This document shows positions 29,428-40,600 of a stretch of 64,000 nt of DNA, one piece after another. The number at the start of each line of letters is the position of its first letter. The stretch's first letter is position 1. The notes beneath the pieces are model-generated. The model saw only the letters and a program-made list of their open reading frames with translations. It did no database searches and had not been told where the DNA came from. Made by a program: the position numbers and the translations under genes. Source of the stretch: Octopus sinensis (taxonomy: Eukaryota). Location: the NCBI RefSeq assembly GCF_006345805.1, contig NW_021831731.1, positions 299,162 to 363,161 on the forward strand, written 5' to 3'.

Positions 29428-29507
29428 TATATATATGAATGTATGTATGTATGTTTTTATGTATATATATGTGTATATATATATATATGAATGTATGTCG
29501 GTATGTT

Positions 29508-29557
<50 letters not shown>

Positions 29558-29689
29558 TGTATGTCTGTATGTTTGTATGTACATATGTATATAGTAACCA
29601 GATTACTTGGATATGACTGTAAAGCGATAATTATTATTTTGTTGGGCATCTTTCACTATACATTCTCTACCCAAAATCAATGTTGGTGG

Positions 29690-29694
<5 letters not shown>
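29236..29694. repeat. Inverted repeat, ~105-bp unique arms (2 mismatches) extending into mirrored microsatellite
   Basis: 29236-29340 is the reverse complement of 29590-29694. Confidence 0.9.
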
Positions 29695-29732
<38 letters not shown>

Positions 29733-30069
29733 ATATATGTATATATACACACAAATTAGGGAAAAATACCGTTTATCAATTCAATAATTTAAAATTAAAT
29801 TATACCATCTAGAAAATTACATATTATAGAAAGATTAAAACATATAACGATGATTAAGTAATGTGCAAAATAATAAATAAAACGTATATATTTGGTAGGA
29901 TAACGACACGTGTTTCGTGGCTATATTTAAGAAATGATAATAGTAAAAATAATAGTAGTAGTAGTAAAATCACTTTAATATAAATATAGCCACTCTTCAG
30001 GTTAAAGATAACAACAATAATAAAATAATTAATTAGATGAATTAATAAATGTACGTAAATAATCTTGTA

Positions 30070-30151
<82 letters not shown>

Positions 30152-30411
30152 AATATGGAAAGAAGAATTTTTCTCAAAGAGTTAAGTTTGAGTAAAAAAC
30201 CTCTGTAGAAAGTCGAAAGGCACTAACTGTTGGGAAGAGATTTCACAAAATGTGTGTAGGCTTTGTTTTTATAGAATTGCAAGTGCTTTCAGATCTTAAC
30301 ATTTTTAAGCACGTGTTATTGTATATAGTGGAAGTTGTTTTCAGTAAAAATTTATTATTGACTATTTCCGGTTTAGTTTCTTACTCAGAAATCTTATGAA
30401 ATATTCTTCTT

Positions 30412-31142
30412 TTGCCTTCTACGCATGAGGAAAAAGAAACTTTGGAATCTTTACAAAAAGATCACTCAATAATTATTAAAGAAGCGGACAAAGAAGGGGT
30501 AATTGTCATAATGGACAAACTCCATTATAGAGGAATGGTCCTTGAACACCTAAATGACCAACACTTCTGCAAAAAATTAGAAAATAATCTAGATAGGTAT
30601 ACAATAAATAAGATTAGTAAATTTACAAACACATATAAAAATGAACTTACAAAAAAAAGAGGTAGATTACCTTACTAAGTTTGAAGTAAAAACCAGTAAC
30701 TTCTATGGTCTTCAGAGAACCAAGAAATCTAAAGAAATCTAATTATGTTTGAAGGACATCCAGACTTCCCAGATAAAGGTTCTCAGACCATCTGATCTTA
30801 AATTAAGACCAATTGTAGTAAGACTATCATCAAGCACACAAAGACTAAGCATCTTGCTTGACACAATTCTAAAACCCTTATGTAAATTGGTCCCTAGTTT
30901 TATTAGGGATTATATGGATTTCCTAAACCACATTCCAAAAAGAGTGAACAAAGAAACCATATTAGTCAGCTTTGTTGTAGTCTGCCTCTACACCAATATC
31001 CCCCATAACTTAGGACGAGAAGCAATAGAGTTCTGGATGCACAAACATCCACAAGGAATCCAAGAAAGATTCTCTAAGGAGTTCATACGTGAAGGGCTAC
31101 AGCTAGTACTAGAAAATAACTACTTCTTCTTTGACAACCAAT
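30412..31142 (+). mobile_element. Penelope-like element RT, 5' part (decayed)
   Basis: IIIKEADK, LRPIV, SFIRDYMDFL, LYTNIP and LVLENNYFFFDNQ motifs, with stops and frameshifts. Confidence 0.88.
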
Positions 31143-31180
31143 TTCATTTCATTTCATTTCATTTGGGTTTGAGTCCATGC

Positions 31181-34170
31181 TCAGGCCAAGTCGAAGACTC
31201 CACCCTCAGAGTCTGGTGTGGTTGCCAGGTTGTATTCTCTGCTTAATTTTGACATGTGTAGGAGCGAGTTTGAGTCAGTTTGTGCTCGTTGTGTATATCC
31301 TGGGAGATTGGGTTCATCTCTAATGGTGCTTAAGTATCTATCCAGTTGCAATTTGAATGATTCCACACTGCATCCTGATAGATTTCTGACATGTACCGGA
31401 ATGGAGTTGAACAGTTGGGCTCCTCGAACCAACAGACTTGATTCTCGCAGGGTTTTTGCTGCCTGGCCAGCCTTTTTGTTGATTGGTGGCAGCTGGCAGC
31501 GTCTTCCGTGGCGCAGTGAGTGGTAGGTTTGATACCAAAGTTTGGCACCTTCTGCTCTATCATTTTCCAAATGTATATAATTCGGTATCGCTCAAATCTT
31601 CTTTCTATTGAGTACATCCTCAAGGTTTTGAGTCTTTGCCAATAGTCCAGGTCCCTCGTTTCTGAGAAGTATGAGGTAAAATTTCTTTGGAGCGATTCTA
31701 TCTTAGATAGTTGGCCCTTTGTTGTTGGTGACCACAACTGAGAACAGTAGTCAATCCTCGGAAGTATCATACTGTTCCAGAGGGTTTTCATTGTTGAGGT
31801 ATCTCTTGATTTGAAGGTGGGCAAGATCCACCCGCTGTACTTTCTTGCAGTAAGACAGACTGATTCAAGGTGTTCTCTGAATTTTAGGTTGGTTCCCATG
31901 TGGATGCCTAAATCTTTCACATACTGTTTTTCCATTATTTGTTGTCCTGATGGGTTTCTGTAGTTTGTTGTATTTTTCAGATCTTGATCTGTTCCGTAGC
32001 GAATTAGTTCAAACTTCTTATCATTGAACAACATGTTGTTTGTTTCCTGCCATTTATATATGGTGATCAGGTCCTTTTGTAAGGCCTCTGTATCCACCTC
32101 GTCTTTGATTTGTCTCATGACCCTGGTGTCATCAGCAAAGGATGAGACGTTGCTGGTTGTATCTTCATCTATGTCAGAGATGAGGATGAGAAACAGGATT
32201 GGGCCAAGTACTGTACCCTGAGGAACACTGCTGGTCACAGGTGATGGTGTTGAATGGGTTCCATTCACAGTGACTGTTTGAGTTCTATTTGTAAGGAACT
32301 CATGTATCCATGTACCAACTTTTCCTCCTACTCCTAGCTTTCGAAGTTTGTGACCCAGGATGCCATGATCTACCTTGTCAAATGCCTTGGCAAAGTCGAG
32401 GTAGATAACATCTGTGTTGTATCCATTCTCTAGATTTTCTAGGATTTGGTCATGGTGTGCCAGTAGTTGGGAAAGGCATGATCTACCTAACCTGAATCCA
32501 TGCTGGTTGCAATTCATCAGATTGTTGGATTCCAGGAACTCAACCAGTTTTCCACGAACTATTCTTTCGAAGACCTTGATAATGTGTGATGTCAGTGAGA
32601 TTGGTCGGTAGTTCTTTGGTTTTGATTTGCTGTCCCCTTTATGTATTGGAGTTATGTGTGCTTCTTTATATGTATTTGGTATTTTGCCATTCTCCATAGA
32701 TTCCCTCCATATCATGTAAAGGGGTTTCGACAATTGTACCTTGCAGTTTTTAAGTATCATGGCATTGAAACCGTCAGGCCCCGCAGCCGAGTGCATGGAG
32801 AGCTTGTCTATGGCTCTTGCTATGTCTTCTGGGTTGAAATCAATGTCGGATAGGGTAGGTTTAGTATGGTCGATATCCTTGAAGAATTTTCCTGGGTCAT
32901 GGATCTTCATGGTTTTAGATGGCTCACTGAAGACACTTTCATACTGTTGACCCAACATTTCTGCCATTTCAATAGGGTTATTCACTACATCCCCATTTTG
33001 TCTCTGGAGAGGTCCTATTGTTGACTTGGTGTTCGAGTATTTCTTTGCAAAACTGTAGAAACATTTTGGATTTTTCTTGATGTTTTCTATGGCTCTCTTT
33101 TCTGCATTGTTACGTTCTCCATCATAGTGTTGTTTTAGATTGTCTTCTAATCTGTATATTTGGTCAAGGACTTTCTGTAATTCATGTTTTGATGTCAGCT
33201 TAGATGTTTTGTTTCTTAGTCTTGACCTTTTGCGCATCAGTAGCTTTTGCTTCCGTGGTACAGGTTTTTTTGTGGACTTGGTTTTCTTTAGAGGAACATT
33301 TTTTTCACATATTTCTTCGATCTTGTTTAAGAATTTCTTGTGTTTATCTGGCCCAGTAAGGTAGAGATCCCAGTCAATGATTTGTAACTGGTTGTTAATA
33401 GTTTCCCAATTTGCCTGGTGATAATCATACCTGCATAGCTTTGGCATGTCCTTTTGTTTAAGAGTTGTGGCATTGGGCTCATTACCAATGTGTAAATGCA
33501 TTTCAATAATATTGTGGTCTGAAAGGATTGTTGGGGTTGAGTGAAGGTCAAATAGCGTGACCTCGTTGTTAGTGAAAACCAAGTCGATCGTATTATTATT
33601 TCTTGTTGCTTCTGTCATCATTTGTTTGAGGTATAATTTCTCTGTGCCTTCCAACAGTTTGGCTGCCTGTATTTGTTCAGCTTTTGTCCCCAGTTTTAGT
33701 ATGTGTCCATGTGGCCAGATGATGTTAGGGAAGTTGAAGTCACCAAGGAGGATAATGTCTGGCATTGGACTTGCCATGTTTCCCAGAATTTGTTGGAGCT
33801 TCGTCAGTGGCTCAGTGAAGGATAATGTTGGGCTGTTTGGCGGTCTGTACATTATTGTTACAACTGTATTAAGTTGGATGATTTTTATGCACAGCAGGTT
33901 GCAGTAAGCATTTGATTCATTGACAAGTTCTATGCATGCATAGGTATCATGGATATACATGATAACGCCCCCATGGGATCTGCCTTGTCTATCACATCTG
34001 AAGATGTTGAATCTATTGATTGTGATTTCGCTGTTGCGGATGTTTTCGTTGAGATGACTTTCAGTAATTCCAATTATTTTGGAGTTGTTTTCTCTTGCTA
34101 ATTCTTCCAAGAAAGGACTTTACACTGTTTTGTTTTCGGATAAAGACCCTGGATATTTGCTGTTATTATG
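31181..34170 (-). pseudogene. LINE ORF2: apurinic-type endonuclease + reverse transcriptase, with two 1-bp frameshifts (~34115, ~31529)
   Basis: EN motifs TANIQGL, GITESHL, YRPP, LGDFN, IDLVF, SDH. RT motifs YRPISLTS, YLDFAKAFDKVDH, VPQGTVLGPILF, FADD, DLG, YCSQLWSP. The C-terminus continues in the 31181-31570 frame, and the N-terminal TANIQGL lies in a different frame from the 926-aa ORF, whose listed start is TTG. Confidence 0.92.
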
Positions 34171-35302
34171 CTTGTTGTACCGGATACATCTGCCCTATTG
34201 TTGGCAAGACTGTTGTAGTTGCTGGGACTGTGCTGACTGGATATTCGGTCTGCTGGGTTGTCTGTATTTGTTGTATGTGCCCTGTAAGTCCAGGTGTCAG
34301 CCTTTGTATCAATGTTGCCTGGTTTTGCTGAGTCGTCTGTATGGAGTACAGCTGTTGTTGTAGTTGGTAGATTATGCCTAAAAAATTGCTTTCATTCATT
34401 ACTATATCGAATTTCTGCGAGTTTGGGTTTGTTACAGCTGATGTATGCAATTGAGTAGCATGATTTTCATTCACTGTTGAGCCATGACCTGGGTTCCGCA
34501 TTTTTGGGAAATAGTTTTCATACCCTGTTGAGCTTGGTCCTGGTGGTGTGGGTTCAGTAGTTTTTAAGCGAATTGTACCCTTCCGGTGCATAAATTTGCA
34601 ATTCTCACCAAAACATTCTTTTTTTCTCAGCGAATTGCGGCACATCTTTGGGTGAAGGAGTTCACATTCTCGGCCATTTTGGCATCCTTTTTTTCGATCA
34701 GTACCGAAGTTGATATATGGTCTGCATGGTTTGGGGTGACTGTACATGTACCCTGTACCTGAAAGACCATGTTTGCACTTGTTGCGCCTGTAATGGATAC
34801 ATACTGGCCTTTCTTCATTTGAGCGTTTGCTCTGGATCTGTTTCTTTTCGTGGGAAGTTTGGTCTTTTTCTGCAGGATCTCCTGTTTCTTGTTTTGTAGG
34901 TGTTTGCATGTCATTGTCTTCATTCTTGTCATTTACAAGAGGCACTTGGATGGCCTGTGTGTGGCAGGATTTATTTGCCATGTCAGTTTCGCCAATCAAT
35001 GTCTGTTTAGAACGGCTTGTCTGTGGTAGGGTCCTAGGTTCATTCGTTATTGTGGCCCTTGGTGAACAATAACTGCATAGCCAGTGTAGGCCTAGAATAT
35101 CTGGAATGGTGTGGTTATTTATCTTTTTTAAGTAGCACGCTTCGTGTATTCCTTGTCCACAGATGAAGCATGCCAAAGCTGGTTTTTGGCCAAATGTAAT
35201 GCAGTACTGTTTGTCACACATTTTGCAAGTCTCCGGGAGGAAGTTTTCAATCCTTGTTATAATCCAGTTGGTGAGGTTTGGTTTTGTGAGCTCAACTTGG
35301 AC
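34166..35302 (-). CDS. LINE ORF1 (5'-truncated): PHD finger, three CCCH zinc fingers, Q/T-rich tail
   Basis: C4HC3 pattern CKMC..CFIC..H..C..WLCSYC at 35066-35227 and CCCH units at 34586-34801. The first 17 codons of the track ORF (GTG start at 35353) are antisense Penelope sequence outside the TSD. Confidence 0.8.
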   Translation of the reverse strand, partial: VQVELTKPNLTNWIITRIENFLPETCKMCDKQYCITFGQKPALACFICGQGIHEACYLKKINNHTIPDILGLHWLCSYCSPRATITNEPRTLPQTSRSKQTLIGETDMANKSCHTQAIQVPLVNDKNEDNDMQTPTKQETGDPAEKDQTSHEKKQIQSKRSNEERPVCIHYRRNKCKHGLSGTGYMYSHPKPCRPYINFGTDRKKGCQNGRECELLHPKMCRNSLRKKECFGENCKFMHRKGTIRLKTTEPTPPGPSSTGYENYFPKMRNPGHGSTVNENHATQLHTSAVTNPNSQKFDIVMNESNFLGIIYQLQQQLYSIQTTQQNQATLIQRLTPGLTGHIQQIQTTQQTEYPVSTVPATTTVLPTIGQMYPVQQA

Positions 35303-35910
35303 ACCAATACTACCTACAAATACGTGGCACTGCGATGGGTACCAGAGTAGCACCTAGACTTGCCACACTAGTAATGGATTTTTTGGAAGAAAAAAATCTA
35401 CTGCTTGTCTCAAATTTCTTTTGGCCAAAACTTCCACTCATACCTAGTGGAAAACTAAATGGACACACACCAATATTTAGACTTTAGATCTTGCCATCCT
35501 CCCCATACAAAAAGGAACATACCCTTTAATATGGCAAGACAAATATGTACAGTAGTTTCAGAGACAAATAGAAGAAAAAGACAACTTGCAGAACTTAACT
35601 TGTGCCTCAAAAAACAAAAATACCCCACCAAACTAATAGACCAAGCGATAACTGAAGCTAAAAATCTCTACACTAAGAAGAAAAAAAAACACTCACACTG
35701 AGGATAAACGAAAAAATGAACATAAAAATATCCCATTTGTTATTACTCACAATCCTAAGAACCACGATATTCTACAAACAGCCAAACGCCTTCTACCAAT
35801 TCTACACCAGTCCTCATGTCTCCGACAAATAATCAAAGATCAACATATAACCAACAGCCGAAGGCAACCACCAAATCTTAAGAAACTTCTAACCAATGCA
35901 AGATTTGGAT
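35303..35910 (+). mobile_element. Penelope-like element RT, 3' part (continuation after the LINE insertion, internally deleted)
   Basis: YYLQIRGTAMGTRVAPRLATLVMDFLEE, then YLDFRSCHPPHTKRNIPFNMARQIC, IPFVITHNP and RRQPPNLKKLLTNARF. Confidence 0.88.
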
Positions 35911-35929
35911 GAGAGGAAGGAATGATGCA

Positions 35930-36533
35930 AGTTGACTATGACAGAGAACGTTGAGCAAAGAATCTGCATCAACTGATACCAAAAGCTTGGCGATATTTGC
36001 TCAGAGGCCTACGCAAAGTTGTCAAAAGTTTTCAGCGTTCTCGACGCAATCAAGGAGATCTTGACAAACTGAAAACCCGAGTGTGTTTTGAGCTGCGGAA
36101 AGCAGTTTTGGCACAAACTTGGCAGACACACGTCTCATACCTAAATCTTCAGTGATAAAGAACTGAGCTGGACAGTAAATAATCTGCACATTCTCTAATA
36201 ACTCACAGATGGTGATTCAGCAACTCTCCCTCGCAGCTGCTCGCACATCTATAAGGATTTTTTTCTCAGTTCTGCAGGTTGCGGGTCTCCCAGAACGTTC
36301 GTCGCCATCAACATTTTATTGGCCATCTCAATTTTGCGGTCAATGCGACGACCACATGCTACACATCTTCCTTCCAAGCATTGTTGTAAATAGCAGAAGT
36401 GAGCTACAACGTTAAAACTTAGTGCGCATGCTCAACAGAGTCCAAGGTTAATCTGTGTCAAGGAGCTTTACTCAGCGTTCTTTAGCTCTGTTACTATAGT
36501 AATAGTTCGGATACTTTCTGATCAGACCTCATG
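35930..36533 (-). mobile_element. mariner 5' fragment with TIR
   Basis: TA|CATGAGGTCTGATCAGAAAGTATCCGAACT TIR; DERSGRP and DLGMRRVSAKFVPKLL. Confidence 0.75.
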
Positions 36534-36760
36534 TATATATATATATATATATATGTACATGAGTGTGTGTAATATATATACACTCACATATACATTATCC
36601 TCTTGGATGTACACGCAGGAGAAAGAGATCTTAAATATGTACTGGCCTTAATTGTTCGGCGTTAATGATACTCCCCATGATGCAAAAATTTTCTTGCTAT
36701 AAGCGGATCTCCAGACGACAAAAGTTTGGACATGATCATGGAAAAAGCCTAATATTACTA

Positions 36761-37036
<276 letters not shown>

Positions 37037-37189
37037 ATACATATATAAAAATCGCCACTTTTCAAAAGAAAGCCATTACTTCAATTTTGCAAAGAGTATT
37101 CGTGAGTATGCGTGTGAATCTTCAGGCCTGCTTGATTTTGCAAGTCTTCTTTCATATATTACATACCAAAAACCTGTTGACATTATCTT

Positions 37190-37600
37190 AGTCTTTGTGC
37201 TCTTTCAGATCCGCTCAGCTTTGTCACAGAATTGACATGAAATGAAGACTGTTGCACAATCATCATGTTGAAATGCGTCTAAGACTGAGATCACTTCCTG
37301 TTGGCGATGGAGTTTGATCTTTCAAGATGGATTATTCGTTTCTCCGTGTTTCGATTGCTTAACAAGCATCATAGATCAATCCTTTAGAAACCAATAGATT
37401 TTTCGACAATTGCTCTCAGTTTTAAACACTCCCTCTAAGAGCAATAAAGAGTATTTGATGAAATCCCTAAAACGATTTTAGGCTGTATCACGTTGCAACT
37501 CCTCATAAATCAACTGCTTCGATAAACTGTTATCTTCCATCTTAGTAATGGTGCCCACTGGATCTGATTGCGTATGTGAAATATCTCCGTACTGAATGAC
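37190..37600 (-). mobile_element. Decayed RTE/BovB 3' fragment
   Basis: KMEDNSLSKQLIYEEL (compare RMEDxRLPKQLLYGEL), followed by RFRDFIK. Confidence 0.6.
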
Positions 37601-40600
37601 TTGGCTCGCTGTAGAACCCCACTCACACGTACTCACACACACACGTACACATATGTATGAATGTTTGTGTATGTGTACATATGTATATATATGTATACCC
37701 TTTTGTGGTGGACTTGGCATAGCATGCACAAAAACATACATAAAGACACCATTGTCAAGTGCAATGATTAGAATCATACTCAACGAAAAGAAGCAGTAAA
37801 ATGCAGAATAGTTCAAGGTGCAAAGGAAATCTAAAAAGATATGAACGAAGCAAAATAATATTAGCAAAATTTTCACAGATCTTTGTAATCTTTTGGTTGT
37901 AAGCAAACCTTTTCACCGATGTGCCAACCGTTAGGTACATCTAATATCCATTATTTCACTAGAATTGTAAGTCGATGTAGATTTTCCAATAATTCACGTC
38001 ACTATGAGAGACAGTGTATTACGTGTGAATATATGGGTACATCTGCAAACGAAGAAATATAATCTTTTACTTGTAAAGAAAGGAGACAATTCTGTTGACC
38101 TCTAATTTCATTCATTTAATGTTGTCTCTACCAACAACAATGAAAATTAATTCTCAAATGAAGTTTGATATTGTTAATTTAAAACCGAGTTTGATCATTG
38201 GAATCTGAATCGAATAATAGAGGTCTGTTTGGGAGAAAGGATATTTCATTAAATACAAAATAAAGTCAGAAATTTCAACACTGATACTATACCAAATTCT
38301 CACGTTTTGATTAAAAAAATATAAAACTCTGTTTTGTATTTATTGGATTATTGTCTGCAATGCTTGACATTAGTCTTCTTTCCAAATGTTTAGAACAAGA
38401 GAATATATTTTGTTTTCTTCAGTAAATATTTATTTTACTATTGTATATGTATACGCGTTTTATTTGTCTACTTCTGCGTGTATGTGTATTTGTTCATGTA
38501 AGATATATGTGTTGTGTAAATGGATTGACTGTGTTTGTAAAAGAGACAGAACGTATCATTGAATAACTGCAATCATCTTATGGGGAACTTTACTCATGAT
38601 GAGTACAAAATACTTCGCGACTAGTGTACTTTATTATTACAAAATGTAAATACAACCGTGTTCAAGTTTTACTAGAAATATTGACACATTAGCGATTTAT
38701 AATTCATTTAAAATGTATCCAACATCTGCAGATGTCACCGAATTAAATACTTCCATTTCAGACAGAACGTAATTTTCAATCTATCAAAAATTGGCTGAGA
38801 GGCATACAGTCTAACGCCACTGACACCTTAATTACACATTCTTGTCCCCTACTTAAAGAAACAGTATTTTGCCAGTAAATTATTAACTCTTTTTTTGTAT
38901 TGTTAAACCTGTCTTTAAAGTACAGTTACTAGTGGAATGTAGCTCCTTTCTTTGCCGTTCCATAGTGATTTGGTAAGAAATAGAATGAGATAGAAGCACA
39001 TATACATCCGTCTTGCATTTATTATAATCAATATTATGGTGTTGTTCTTGTTGCTGTCCATGACGATGATGATGTGATGATGACGATGATGACGGTGACG
39101 ACAGAGATGAAAGTTATTTTTATTTTTATAGCAATACGATACCACTACTTCTACTGTCGTTCATTTCATTCTTATAGTTAATGTATTTGAAATTATCCAT
39201 TTTCATTGATGCCATTTACCACCAACGCCATCTACGCATCCGTCGCGACACTTTTCATACCACTATTATTGTCTTTCCTTCTTTGTTCACCCTTCCCATA
39301 ACCAGTTACTCATCCCATACTCCTCCATGTGATATTTCTACTACACCTTCTTTTTCATGGCCGCTGTAATGTTAGTATCGAAGTCGTCACTTGAGTTTCT
39401 CGATTTAAAAGGCACTACCTTATACTCTCTTCCTTCTTTCCACCTTCAGCAATATTGTTGATGCCATTGTTGTGGCTTATGAAACAAGAAATATATGGTT
39501 AAGACGGCGAAGTAATAGTGTCTATTTTCGTAATGTAGTAGGCAGTAGAACTATAATTTATTATGTATTTAGTGCAGGAGTATATAATAGTATAGCAAGA
39601 GTATATAATAGCGTAAGACAGAAGTGTCAAACGCGGTTGGCTTCGTAGGCCAGGCTGAAGGAATAAAGTAGATTTCGCGAACCGTATAGGAACAATTATT
39701 CCTAAAAACTCTATTCATAGTGTAGGCCAAAAGTAAATGGATAAAGTGGTCAATATACATTAAAACAAATTACTAACAATAAAGAAAGAGAAGAATATGA
39801 AATGATGCAAAATTGGTTTTCAGAGATGTGTGAGAAAATCTTGCATGTTATATATAATCCTATTAAAAGTACTTAGAATGAGAGAGATATCCTGATTTTA
39901 CTGATCAAAACCAGTTCTAATCACAAATCTGGCTGGGTTCCGGCTCTGAACGTAAGCTAGCGATATAAATATTTTAAAGATTTTTAAAGTTAAACATTTT
40001 TTTTAATAAATAAAATTGAGATGGGGGCTAGACAAAATACTGCTGCAGGTAGGAGATACCTCAAGGGAAGTATGTTTGACACTCCTGGGGTAAGAGTGAG
40101 GAGTGGAAAAGTTTACTTTAGTGACGTATAAATGAAAAGGTACGGAATTGTAGAATATTGTAGTGTGCAATTAAGTGTTTGAATAATTTCATGGCGGTGT
40201 ATGCATCAAAGCAGGAGGTTGTTACAATATTGCAATATTAACAGTTTGAATTACGTCTTTACTGGTGATTTGTATTTTCCTTTGTTACAAAGTAGATGAA
40301 ATGGGAATATTGCAAAACTCGTAATACTTTAAGAAAATTTTAGTTCCTATGCTGCAAAAAATTACATATTGGTAATTGATCACTTCTCTATTATTGCAAC
40401 CTTAGCTATAGTCATGATTTCTGCTGTTACCTAAAAGAATTCCCGTTCTTTCAGTAGCTGTCATTCCCAGCTGCGTTAGACAATAAGGCAACATTACGAG
40501 TATGAGTGTGATTCATTTTCTTGTGGCTAATAGATCTGATGTTCTGAAGGAACTTGTTGCAAAATTAATCTAGAACATTCCGGTGTTTCTATGTATTGTT

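Larger units (their letters stand above)
31143..35302 (-). mobile_element. Near-intact, 5'-truncated CR1/L2-group non-LTR retrotransposon (ORF1 + APE-RT ORF2), (GAAAT)n tail, 6-bp TSD ACCAAT
   Basis: ORF2 carries APE and RT motifs. The 3' end is (ATTTC)4 on + at 31141-31160. ACCAAT occurs at 31137-31142 and 35303-35308, and removing the insert restores the Penelope RT frame. Confidence 0.93.

Noticed and set aside
32128-32145. FADD instead of YADD in the RT active site
   Set aside because: This is a common variant in CR1/L2-group elements and not unusual.
35303-35353. Apparent N-terminus and start of LINE ORF1
   Set aside because: The start is GTG and lies outside the TSD in antisense Penelope RT, so the in-frame fusion is fortuitous.
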